Below, piece by piece: positions 17,257 to 24,663 of a DNA stretch of 26,222 nt (its first letter is position 1; each line of letters begins with the position of its first letter). A program made the translations under genes and the position numbers. The stretch is taken from contig DATJNL010000226.1 of assembly GCA_035508175.1 (NCBI GenBank), positions 1 to 26,222 on the forward strand, written 5' to 3'. Under the pieces are notes generated by a model. It did not search any database. It saw only the letters and a program-made list of their open reading frames with translations, and was not told the origin of the DNA. The stretch is from Myxococcales bacterium (GTDB taxonomy: Bacteria; Myxococcota; Myxococcia; Myxococcales; JAKAPL01).

Positions 17257-17331
17257 TCTGGGTGAGAGGTTCGCGGGGATCGAATGACGGCGCGCGGGCC
17301 TACCAGAGCGCCCGCGCGCCGCTTTTACCGT

Positions 17332-20154
17332 CTAGCCTCCGAACACGCAGCAGCTCACGCCGGCGGCCTGGCAGCCCGACGGGCAGGCGCCGCATACCAT
17401 GGTGCCTCCGGTCGCGGGGTTGCAGTCGCTGTTGCTCGTGCAGCTCTGGCCCACCAGCACGGCCGCCTCGGTGGTGCAGAGGCTGGCGCCGGTCTCGCCG
17501 GCGCAGATGAGAGCCGGTTGCTCGCAGACCTCGTCGCTCGCGCAATCGGCGTTGCTGCCGCAGCTGCCGCTGCCCGAGCTCTTGCAGGCGTCCTTGCCGC
17601 CGCTGCCGTTGTCCTGGCAGCCGTCCGAGCAAGCCTCGAGCTCCGTCACCTTGCCGCCGTCGCAGGAGTAGAGCGTCCCGGTCGTGCCCTTCACGCCGTG
17701 GCCGCCGCAGTACAGGCCGTTGCCGTTCGGGCACTCGGGCTCGACCTGGGGCGCCGGGCAGGGGTCGATGCCGGTGGCGATGCGCTCGAAGGCCTTCCAG
17801 CCCGTCTTCGAGTGGTAAGCGGCGCCGAGGTGGCCGTTGGTCGTCACCGCGAAGACCTCGACCCGGCCATCGGGCCGCTGCCAGGCGAAGGGGTCGGAGG
17901 CGAAGTCGTCCTCCGAGAGCCTCACGAAGCGGCCGAACTTGTCCGTCTTCGGATCCATCGTGGCGTAGCTCACCTTATCAGAGAGGCCGCGCACGAACAC
18001 CTCGACCTTGCCGTCGTCGACGGCGGCCGAAGGCTCGCCCGCGAAGGCGAAGGTGTCGTCGATGACCTCGAACTTCGAGAATCCGCTGTCGGTGGAGTGG
18101 GCGCCGTAGAGCTTGCCGTCCTGGCCCCGTGCGAAGATCCGCACCGTGCCGCCCGGGTCGCGCACCGCGACCGGCCGCGATCCCAGCGTGCCGCCGAGCG
18201 ACTTCCAGCCCTTCCAGCCCTCGCCCGTCGACCGGTCGCTCTCGTCGTAGAAGGCCTCGCCCTTGGCGTCCGTCGCGAAGAGCAGCGCGTCGCCGGAGCG
18301 GTTCAGGATGGGACTCGCGCCGGTGGCAAGGTCGCCGCCGAGGCTGTCCCAGCTCGACCAGCGCTTGGTCTCCGGATCGTAGTACTTGTGGTAGATGTGG
18401 TGGTCGCCGGCCGCGAGACCGAACACCTCGGTCCGGCCGTCGTTCCAGCCGCCGCTCTTCTCGTCGTTCCAGCGCAGCGTGGACACCTGCTCGAGGTTCT
18501 CACCGCCGAAGCTCGAGAGGTCCTTCCAGCCCTTGTCGTAGAACGACGACTTCGTGTCGCCGTCGTGGCCGGCCGAATCGAAGACCTCGGCGTGCTCGTA
18601 GCCGGCGAAGCTGACGACCGAGGCCACGCCGCAAGCCGCGGCCGAGCCCGTCAGGTCCTCCGCCGCGTGCCACTTGTCGGTCGCGCCGTCCGTCCACACG
18701 TGCGTCGCGCGGCCGGAGTCGGTGCGAGCGAAGACCTCGATGTGCCCGTCCGCCCAGGTGACCGCGGTCAGACCGCCGTTGCTCTCGACCTGGTCGATCG
18801 GGCTGGCGAGAGTCTCGCAGGTGGTGGTCGACGGGACGTAGCCCTTCTTGCGGATGGGGAGGAAGATCTTGTCGACGTCGGCGTAGGCGCCCGCCTCGTC
18901 CCAGTATTCGTAGATGCTGTGGGGCCGGATGGCCGCGGTATAGCCGTAGTCGAACTCCTCGATCGCGCAGTACTCGGTGTGGTCCCGGTTCAGCCAGCCG
19001 CCCCACAGCTCGACGTGGCCCGTGCCCGCCTGCCAGTCACCGGGAAAGTTGATTGCGTCGCCCGGGGTGAGCTGGCCCCAGTTGATGCGCACGGACAGAT
19101 CGTTGTTCCAGGGGCCGCCGGCCAGCGAGTACGTGGTGTCGCTCGTGCCGAGCTGCCACACGTACGAGACGAAGCCCGAGCAGTCCTGCCGGTAGCCGTC
19201 GGTGTAGCTGTCCTGCGAGTACCAGACCCGGCCGACCCAGTTGAAGGCGCGGTCGAGCATGTCCTTGGCCGAACTCGGCGCGATGGCGCGGATGGCGCTC
19301 TCGTCGCAGGCGGAGAGCACGCCTTCGTCGCCGACGCCCGCATTGTTGCAGACCTGCGTGAAGGCCGGCGGCTCGGAGGGGCCGGTGCTGCCCCCGCTCG
19401 AGCCCGAAGAGCCGGAGGAACCCGACTCGTCGGCGAACCCCTGCAGCGACTTCAGATCGCCGATGTAATGATCGTGATCGAGGCCGGAGGTGTTGTACTG
19501 GAAGATGGTGAAGTGGTCCCACGGGCCGTCCGGCATCTGCGGGCAGGTGTTGCCGGGGTTCGAGATCCAAAGCGGGTACTTCGCGAACTCGTCCGGCACG
19601 CGGGTGCCGAAGAAGTCGGGGTAGGTGTAGATGAGCGGCGTGCGGCCCGTGGCCTGCTCCACGCGGTCCAGGAAGATCTTGGCGCGGGCGAAGGCCGTGC
19701 TCCAGTCGACGCCGCTCGTGATCTCCCAGTCCAGGGCCGGCGGAAGATCTCCCTTCGGCGCCGAGCCGATGATCTTGAGGAACAGATCGGCGGCCTTGTT
19801 CGGGTCACTGGATGGGTCGAAGAAGTGATAGGCGCCGTGAATGAGGCCGAGGTCGGCAGCCTTCTTCCGGTAGCCGTCGTAGGTGTCGTCGGTGAAGTAG
19901 TCGCCCTGGCTCGCCTTCAGGTAGACGAAGCGGACGCCGTTGGCCTTGGAGGCCGCCAGGTCGAAGTTCGCGCCGTTGTTGTTCGAGATGTCGATACCGT
20001 ACGTCGTCGCCCCGCTCTCGCAGACCTGGAGCGCCTCCTGCTCGGCATCGGAGAGCGGCTCGGCGCTCGTGGGAGCGAGCCCGCCGCAGGCCTCGAAGAG
20101 CCCGAGGGAGAGAGAAGCGAGGGTGATGGCGATCCAGCGAGAGTCGGCGTTCAT
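17332..20154 (-). CDS. Multi-domain secreted peptidoglycan hydrolase: GH25 muramidase + NlpC/P60-like endopeptidase + 7-bladed beta-propeller + C-terminal Cys-rich module
   Basis: ATG at 20154 with GGAGG 6 nt upstream. GH25: 'GIDISNNNGANFDLAASKANGVRFVYLKASQGDYFTDDTYDGYRKKAADLGLIHGAYHFF'. NlpC/P60 Cys-His: 'YRQDCSGFVSYVW...GDAINFPG...GHVELW'. Ser/Gly linker 'SGSSGSSGSSGGSTG'. Propeller blades 'HIEVFARTDSGRATHVWTDG', 'TVRIFARGQDGKLYGAHS', 'KVEVFVRGLSDKVSYATM', 'RVEVFAVTTNGHLGAAYHS'. Cys-rich C-terminus. Confidence 0.85.
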   Translation of the reverse strand: MNADSRWIAITLASLSLGLFEACGGLAPTSAEPLSDAEQEALQVCESGATTYGIDISNNNGANFDLAASKANGVRFVYLKASQGDYFTDDTYDGYRKKAADLGLIHGAYHFFDPSSDPNKAADLFLKIIGSAPKGDLPPALDWEITSGVDWSTAFARAKIFLDRVEQATGRTPLIYTYPDFFGTRVPDEFAKYPLWISNPGNTCPQMPDGPWDHFTIFQYNTSGLDHDHYIGDLKSLQGFADESGSSGSSGSSGGSTGPSEPPAFTQVCNNAGVGDEGVLSACDESAIRAIAPSSAKDMLDRAFNWVGRVWYSQDSYTDGYRQDCSGFVSYVWQLGTSDTTYSLAGGPWNNDLSVRINWGQLTPGDAINFPGDWQAGTGHVELWGGWLNRDHTEYCAIEEFDYGYTAAIRPHSIYEYWDEAGAYADVDKIFLPIRKKGYVPSTTTCETLASPIDQVESNGGLTAVTWADGHIEVFARTDSGRATHVWTDGATDKWHAAEDLTGSAAACGVASVVSFAGYEHAEVFDSAGHDGDTKSSFYDKGWKDLSSFGGENLEQVSTLRWNDEKSGGWNDGRTEVFGLAAGDHHIYHKYYDPETKRWSSWDSLGGDLATGASPILNRSGDALLFATDAKGEAFYDESDRSTGEGWKGWKSLGGTLGSRPVAVRDPGGTVRIFARGQDGKLYGAHSTDSGFSKFEVIDDTFAFAGEPSAAVDDGKVEVFVRGLSDKVSYATMDPKTDKFGRFVRLSEDDFASDPFAWQRPDGRVEVFAVTTNGHLGAAYHSKTGWKAFERIATGIDPCPAPQVEPECPNGNGLYCGGHGVKGTTGTLYSCDGGKVTELEACSDGCQDNGSGGKDACKSSGSGSCGSNADCASDEVCEQPALICAGETGASLCTTEAAVLVGQSCTSNSDCNPATGGTMVCGACPSGCQAAGVSCCVFGG

Positions 20155-20239
20155 GGTCGGCCTCCGGTTGCTGGTTAGCAAAGCAAGCGGGAGGCCAAGG
20201 CGTCGGAAGACGAACGCGCTGAAATTACATGTGAATTCT

Positions 20240-20258
20240 ATGTCAAACGAATTGACAT
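20240..20258. promoter_or_regulatory. 19-bp perfect inverted repeat ATGTCAA-acgaa-TTGACAT within an AT-rich island (20219..20262), 86 bp upstream of the lysin gene start; candidate operator or promoter element
   Basis: Seen directly. Local AT content is far above the ~70% GC background. It contains a TTGACA hexamer. Adjacent self-palindromes ACATGT and GAATTC are present. Confidence 0.4.
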
Positions 20259-20322
20259 GGAGTGGGGGACGGCCGCTCCACCTCGCGGCTGGACGGCCAG
20301 GGCTCCATTCGAGGCCGCCTGT

Positions 20323-20637
20323 TCAGAACTTGATCTGGAGGCGCGCGACGGGCCGGCCGTGGACCAGGTGTTCGTCCACGATCTCGGGCACATCGGCCAG
20401 CGTGACATGGCCATACCACACGTCGTCGGGATACACGACGATCGAGACGCCATGCTCGCAGGCGTCCAGGCAGCCTGCCGCGTTGGCCCGGCACGTCCCC
20501 TCGAGCCCCCGCTGCTTGATGGCCGCCTTCAACGCGTCCCGGACCGCTTCGGACCCCTTCTCGGAGCAGCAGCCCTTGGGATGCCCGGGCGGTCGCACGT
20601 TGGTGCAAACGAACAAATGTCTCTGGAAGGGCGGCAC
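20323..20637 (-). CDS. Thioredoxin-like [2Fe-2S] ferredoxin
   Basis: Cys pattern C11-x11-C23 ... C56-x3-C60, in 'HLFVCTNVRPPGHPKGCC...CRANAAGCLDACEHG'. GTG start. Confidence 0.7.
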   Translation of the reverse strand: MPPFQRHLFVCTNVRPPGHPKGCCSEKGSEAVRDALKAAIKQRGLEGTCRANAAGCLDACEHGVSIVVYPDDVWYGHVTLADVPEIVDEHLVHGRPVARLQIKF

Positions 20638-20838
20638 GTCCGGCGCATTCTAACCGCCGAACGGCCGGGCCGTCGATGGAAGCTCGGCTCGTCGCGTATT
20701 CCAGATGCGATCCAGAATACCGACAGGGCCTACCCTTCCGTTCGAGAGCGGTTCGACTTTCGTCGTCGCCACCTCTGCAGGTGGTCTATCCGTTCTCTTC
20801 TCGACGGCCGGTCAACTCAGAAAGTAGCCACGCCCCTC

Positions 20839-23574
20839 TCAGGAGCAACCGGAGGTGGAGCCGCAGTTGGCGCACTTGTAGCAGGCGCCGCTGCGCACCA
20901 TGATGCTGCCGCACGTGTGGCAGGGCGGCGCGTCGCTCTCGGTCTGGATGGCGAAGTTCCCCGAGGCCGCCGTGCGAACCGACGGGCTCTCCGGCGCCGG
21001 GGCGGGCAACGCCTTGCGGACCGCCTCCTTCAGCTCGCCGCCGTCCCCGCCCTCCTCGGTGATCTCCTGCTGCTGCGGCAGGAACTTGAGGGACAGCCAG
21101 CGGAAGACGTAGTCGACGATGGACTTCGCGATGGGGATCTGGGGGTTGCCGGTGAAGCCGGACGGCTCGAAGCGCGTGTGGCTGAACTTGTCGACCAGCA
21201 CCTTGAGCGGCACGCCGTACTGCAAGGAGAGCGAGATGGCCGTGGCGAAGCTGTCCATGAGGCCCGACACCACCGAGCCCTCCTTCGCCATCACGCAGAA
21301 CAGCTCACCCGGGCTGCCGTCCTCGTACATGCCGACCGTGAGATAGCCCTCGTGGCCGCCGATCGAGAACTTGTGGGTGATGGCCCGGCGCTCCTCGGGG
21401 AGCCGGCGGCGCAGCGGGCGCGCTTCGCCCGTCACCACCGGCTGGGTCTTGCTCGTGTTGAGCGGCTGGCTGCGCTTGCAGCCGTCGCGGTAGACGGCCA
21501 CCGCCTTGAGCCCCATCTTCCAGGACTCGAGGTACGCGCTCTCGATGTCCTCGACCGTGGCCTGCTGCGGCAGGTTCACGGTCTTCGAGATGGCGCCCGA
21601 CAGGAACGGCTGCACCGCGCCCATCATCTTGATGTGGCCCATGTAGTGGATGCTGCGGCTGCCCGAGGCCGGCTTGAAGGCGCAGTCGAAGACCGAGAGG
21701 TGCTCGGCCTTGAGATCCGGCGCGCCCTCGATGGTCTCGTGCTCGTCCAGGTACGCGAGGATGCGGCCGATGGCCTCCTGGCCGTAGCCCAGCCGCTCCA
21801 GCGCCCCCGGCACCGTGCCGTTGACGATCTTGAGCATGCCGCCGCCCACGAGCTTCTTGTACTTGATGAGCGCGATGTCCGGCTCGATGCCGGTGGTGTC
21901 GCAGTCCATCATGAAGCCGATGGTGCCGGTGGGGGCGAGCACGGTGACCTGCGAGTTCCGGTAGCCGTGGGCCTTGCCGAGCGAGAGCGCGTTGCGCCAC
22001 GCCTGCCGCGCCGCCTGCAGCAGGTCCGGCGGACACACTTCGTCCGGGATGCGCTCGGCGTAGCCGCCGTGCTTCGCGATGACGCGCAGCATCGGCTCCC
22101 GGTTCACCGGATAGCCCTCGAACGGCCCCACCTGCTCGGCGATGCGCGCGCTCATGGCGTAGGCCTCGCCGCACATGAGCGCCGTGATGGCCGCCGCGTA
22201 GGCGCGCCCCGCGTCGCTGTCGTAGGCGAGCCCGCGCGACATGAGCAGCGCGCCCAGGTTCGCGTACCCGAGCCCGAGCGGCCGGAACTTGTGGCTGTTG
22301 TCGCCGATCTTCTCGGTGGGGTAGCGCGCGTTGTCGACGATGATCTCCTGCGCCAGGATGAACACGTCGACGGCCTTCTCGAAGGCCTCGACGTCGACCT
22401 CGCCGTCGAGCGTCCGGAAGGTCATGAGGTTCAGCGACGCCAGGTTGCAGGCCGTGTCGTCGAGGAACATGTACTCGCTGCAGGGGTTCGACGCGTTGAT
22501 GCGCGCGGTGGCGGAGCAGGTGTGCCAGTCGTTCACCGTGGTGTCGAACTGCATCCCCGGATCGCCGCAGGCGTGCGCCGCCTCGGCGATCTCGCGGAAC
22601 AGCGCGCGCGCCTTGTAGGTGTCCATCACGCGGTCGTCGGTGATGGCGCGCGTCTGCCACTCCTTGTCGTCGACCACCGCCTGCATGAAGGAGTCGGTCG
22701 CCCGCACGGAGTTGTTCGAGTTCTGGAAGAACACCGAGGAGTACGCCGCGCCGTTGAAGCTCGAGTCGTAGCCGGCCTCGATGAGCGCCCAGGCCTTCTT
22801 CTCCTCGTCGGCCTTGCAGTGGATGAACTCGAGGATGTCCGGGTGGTCGGCGTTCAGGATGACCATCTTGGCGGCCCGCCGCGTCTTGCCGCCGCTCTTG
22901 ATGACGCCCGCGAAGGCGTCGAAGCCCTTCATGAACGAGACCGGCCCCGAGGCGTCGCCGCCGCCGGCGAGGAGCTCGCGCGACGAGCGGATCACCGAGA
23001 GGTTGGTGCCCGTGCCGGAGCCGTACTTGAAGAGCATGCCCTCGGTGTGCGCGAGGCGCAGGATGCTGTCCATCGAGTCCTGCACGCTGTTGATGAAGCA
23101 GGCGGAGCACTGCGGCTCCTTCTCGACGCCCACGTTGAACCACACCGGGCTGTTGAAACAGCCCTTCTGGCGAAGCAGGAGGTGGGTGAGCTCGGCGTGG
23201 AAGCTGGTCGCGTCGGTCTCGCTCGCGAAGTAGCTGCCCTTGCGCCCCCAGTCGGTGATCGTGTCGACCACGCGGGAGATGAGGTGCTTCACGCTGCGCT
23301 CGCGCTGCGGCGTGCCGAGCGTGCCGCGGAAGTACTTCGAGGCCACCACGTTCGTGGCGAGCGCCGACCAGCTCTTCGGGATCTCGACGTCTTTCTGCTC
23401 GAAGACGACCTTGCCGTCCTCGCCGGTGATCACCGCGGTGCGGTTCTCCCAGGCCACCTCGTCGTAGGGGTTGACGCCGGGGGTGGTGAAGTACCGGGGG
23501 ACCGCGAGGCCCACGCCGCTGCGCTTCTTCGAAGGCCGCTTCGACCCCTGCACGTCTCTGACCTGCCGCTCCAT
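20839..23574 (-). CDS. nrdJ: Class II (adenosylcobalamin-dependent) ribonucleotide reductase
   Basis: ATG at 23574 with GGAGG 5 nt upstream. N-terminus 'VPRYFTTPGVNPYDEVAWENRTAVI'. Active-site region 'NPCSEYMFLDDTACNLASLNL'. C-terminal zinc ribbon 'CHTCGSIMVRSGACYKCANCGSTSGC'. Confidence 0.95.
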   Translation of the reverse strand: MERQVRDVQGSKRPSKKRSGVGLAVPRYFTTPGVNPYDEVAWENRTAVITGEDGKVVFEQKDVEIPKSWSALATNVVASKYFRGTLGTPQRERSVKHLISRVVDTITDWGRKGSYFASETDATSFHAELTHLLLRQKGCFNSPVWFNVGVEKEPQCSACFINSVQDSMDSILRLAHTEGMLFKYGSGTGTNLSVIRSSRELLAGGGDASGPVSFMKGFDAFAGVIKSGGKTRRAAKMVILNADHPDILEFIHCKADEEKKAWALIEAGYDSSFNGAAYSSVFFQNSNNSVRATDSFMQAVVDDKEWQTRAITDDRVMDTYKARALFREIAEAAHACGDPGMQFDTTVNDWHTCSATARINASNPCSEYMFLDDTACNLASLNLMTFRTLDGEVDVEAFEKAVDVFILAQEIIVDNARYPTEKIGDNSHKFRPLGLGYANLGALLMSRGLAYDSDAGRAYAAAITALMCGEAYAMSARIAEQVGPFEGYPVNREPMLRVIAKHGGYAERIPDEVCPPDLLQAARQAWRNALSLGKAHGYRNSQVTVLAPTGTIGFMMDCDTTGIEPDIALIKYKKLVGGGMLKIVNGTVPGALERLGYGQEAIGRILAYLDEHETIEGAPDLKAEHLSVFDCAFKPASGSRSIHYMGHIKMMGAVQPFLSGAISKTVNLPQQATVEDIESAYLESWKMGLKAVAVYRDGCKRSQPLNTSKTQPVVTGEARPLRRRLPEERRAITHKFSIGGHEGYLTVGMYEDGSPGELFCVMAKEGSVVSGLMDSFATAISLSLQYGVPLKVLVDKFSHTRFEPSGFTGNPQIPIAKSIVDYVFRWLSLKFLPQQQEITEEGGDGGELKEAVRKALPAPAPESPSVRTAASGNFAIQTESDAPPCHTCGSIMVRSGACYKCANCGSTSGCS

Positions 23575-23707
23575 GACGACCTCCTGCTACCGGGCGGTGG
23601 GCGACGAGCCCACGCCGACCAGGCGCGCGTGTGAGTGATTGGTGTCCCCGTCCCACTTCATCGCAAGGAGGGTCAGCCTCTCACAGGCCTCTGACAACGC
23701 GTCGGCG

Positions 23708-24001
23708 CTAGGCAGATTTCCTGAACCGCGACGGGAAGTTGGGTGGGAAGGCCTGGTCCGGGTGCAGCTTTTTCGCACGCTCCAGCAGGTCGCCTTCGGC
23801 CTCGGGCCGGCCGGGGTCGGGGATGCAGCAGTCGACCGGACAGACGGCCGCGCAGGCCTCCCGCTCGTTGAAGCCCACGCACTCGGTGCACAGCCCGGGG
23901 TCGATGACGAAGATCTCCTCCCCCTGCGAGATCGCACCATTCGGGCACTCGGGCTCGCAAGCGCCGCAATTGATGCACTCTTCCGTGATGAGCGTGGCCA
24001 T
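23708..24001 (-). CDS. 2[4Fe-4S] ferredoxin
   Basis: 'CINCGACEPECP' and 'CTECVGFNEREACAAVCPVDCC' cluster motifs. 97 aa. Confidence 0.85.
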   Translation of the reverse strand: MATLITEECINCGACEPECPNGAISQGEEIFVIDPGLCTECVGFNEREACAAVCPVDCCIPDPGRPEAEGDLLERAKKLHPDQAFPPNFPSRFRKSA

Positions 24002-24008
24002 TGGGGCG

Positions 24009-24024
24009 ACGCTCTATATAACGT
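24009..24024. promoter_or_regulatory. AT-rich 16-mer ACGCTCTATATAACGT immediately upstream of the ferredoxin start; candidate -10 (near-leaderless) or NrdR-box-like element
   Basis: TATATA lies 14-19 nt upstream of the ATG in an otherwise ~70% GC region. Outer ACG...CGT arms are palindromic. It matches about 11/16 positions of the NrdR-box consensus as I recall it. Confidence 0.3.
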
Positions 24025-24041
24025 TTCGCGCGGCAGGCAAG

Positions 24042-24245
24042 CTACTGCAGCTCGTTCACCTCCGCCCGCGCCAGCTCGCCGTCGAGGCGCTCCCTGAAGA
24101 GCGCCAGGATGCGCTCCTGCTCCTTGATGCGCCGGCGCATCGGCTCGCTCTCGGTCTTGTAGATCTCCTCCCGCAGCTCCGGGAGCGTCCACTCCAGCAG
24201 CCGCAGCAGCGCCGCCGCCTCTTCCAGGTTCACCTCGATCTTCAT
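24042..24245 (-). CDS. Small hypothetical helical protein (67 aa)
   Basis: ATG start 15 nt after the KGG gene stop and 41 nt before the ferredoxin start. Acidic/basic helical composition 'MKIEVNLEEAAALLRLLEWTLPELREEIYKTE...'. No clear RBS. Confidence 0.4.
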   Translation of the reverse strand: MKIEVNLEEAAALLRLLEWTLPELREEIYKTESEPMRRRIKEQERILALFRERLDGELARAEVNELQ

Positions 24246-24260
24246 GGGAGCGCCCGCCCG

Positions 24261-24554
24261 TCAGTGCTTGACGGCGCCCTTCCCCTCGTCGATGAGCTCG
24301 CGGACGCGCTGCCCGCCCTTGTGCCCGATCTGGGAATAGAACTCGGGACCCCGCGTGCGCGAGACCGTCTCGCCGCCCAGCCGCCCCAGCTCGCGGTAGC
24401 CATCGGGCCCGAGTTGCAGCTTGCGCGCCTCGCCGCCCTTCTCGCCGCCCTTCTTGCCGATGGTCGAGTAGAACTCCCGCCCGCGCTCCCGGGCCACCTT
24501 CTCGCCACCCAGCCGGCCGGCCTCCTGGACGGTCATGCCTTTCTTCTCGTTCAC
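24261..24554 (-). CDS. KGG-repeat general stress protein (YciG / Con-10 family)
   Basis: Repeats 'GRLGGEKVARERGREFYSTIGKKGGE' and 'GRLGGETVSRTRGPEFYSQIGHKGGQ'. GTG start at 24554 with AGGAGG 9 nt upstream (the internal ATG at 24536 is the alternative). The upstream 54 codons in the track are artefact. Confidence 0.7.
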   Translation of the reverse strand: MNEKKGMTVQEAGRLGGEKVARERGREFYSTIGKKGGEKGGEARKLQLGPDGYRELGRLGGETVSRTRGPEFYSQIGHKGGQRVRELIDEGKGAVKH

Positions 24555-24663
24555 GATCCTGAACCTCCTTCGGTCACTCCCCCGCCCTGGAGGACCCTGG
24601 TTGGAAGTTAGGCATCGTCGGGGAGCGAACGAAGCGGGCGCCATGCCCTGCGTGCTCGCGAGG

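Noticed and set aside
20768-20783. CCACCT-ctgc-AGGTGG hairpin 55 bp downstream of the nrdJ stop, considered as an intrinsic terminator
   Set aside because: Only a 6-bp stem and no downstream U-tract on the minus-strand transcript. At best a weak structure.
23575-23707. Searched the nrdJ upstream region for a cobalamin riboswitch or tandem NrdR boxes
   Set aside because: No B12-box-like conserved core and no tandem palindromes with the NrdR consensus spacing were recognisable. Only the GC-rich hairpin and, further upstream, the single TATATA element were found.
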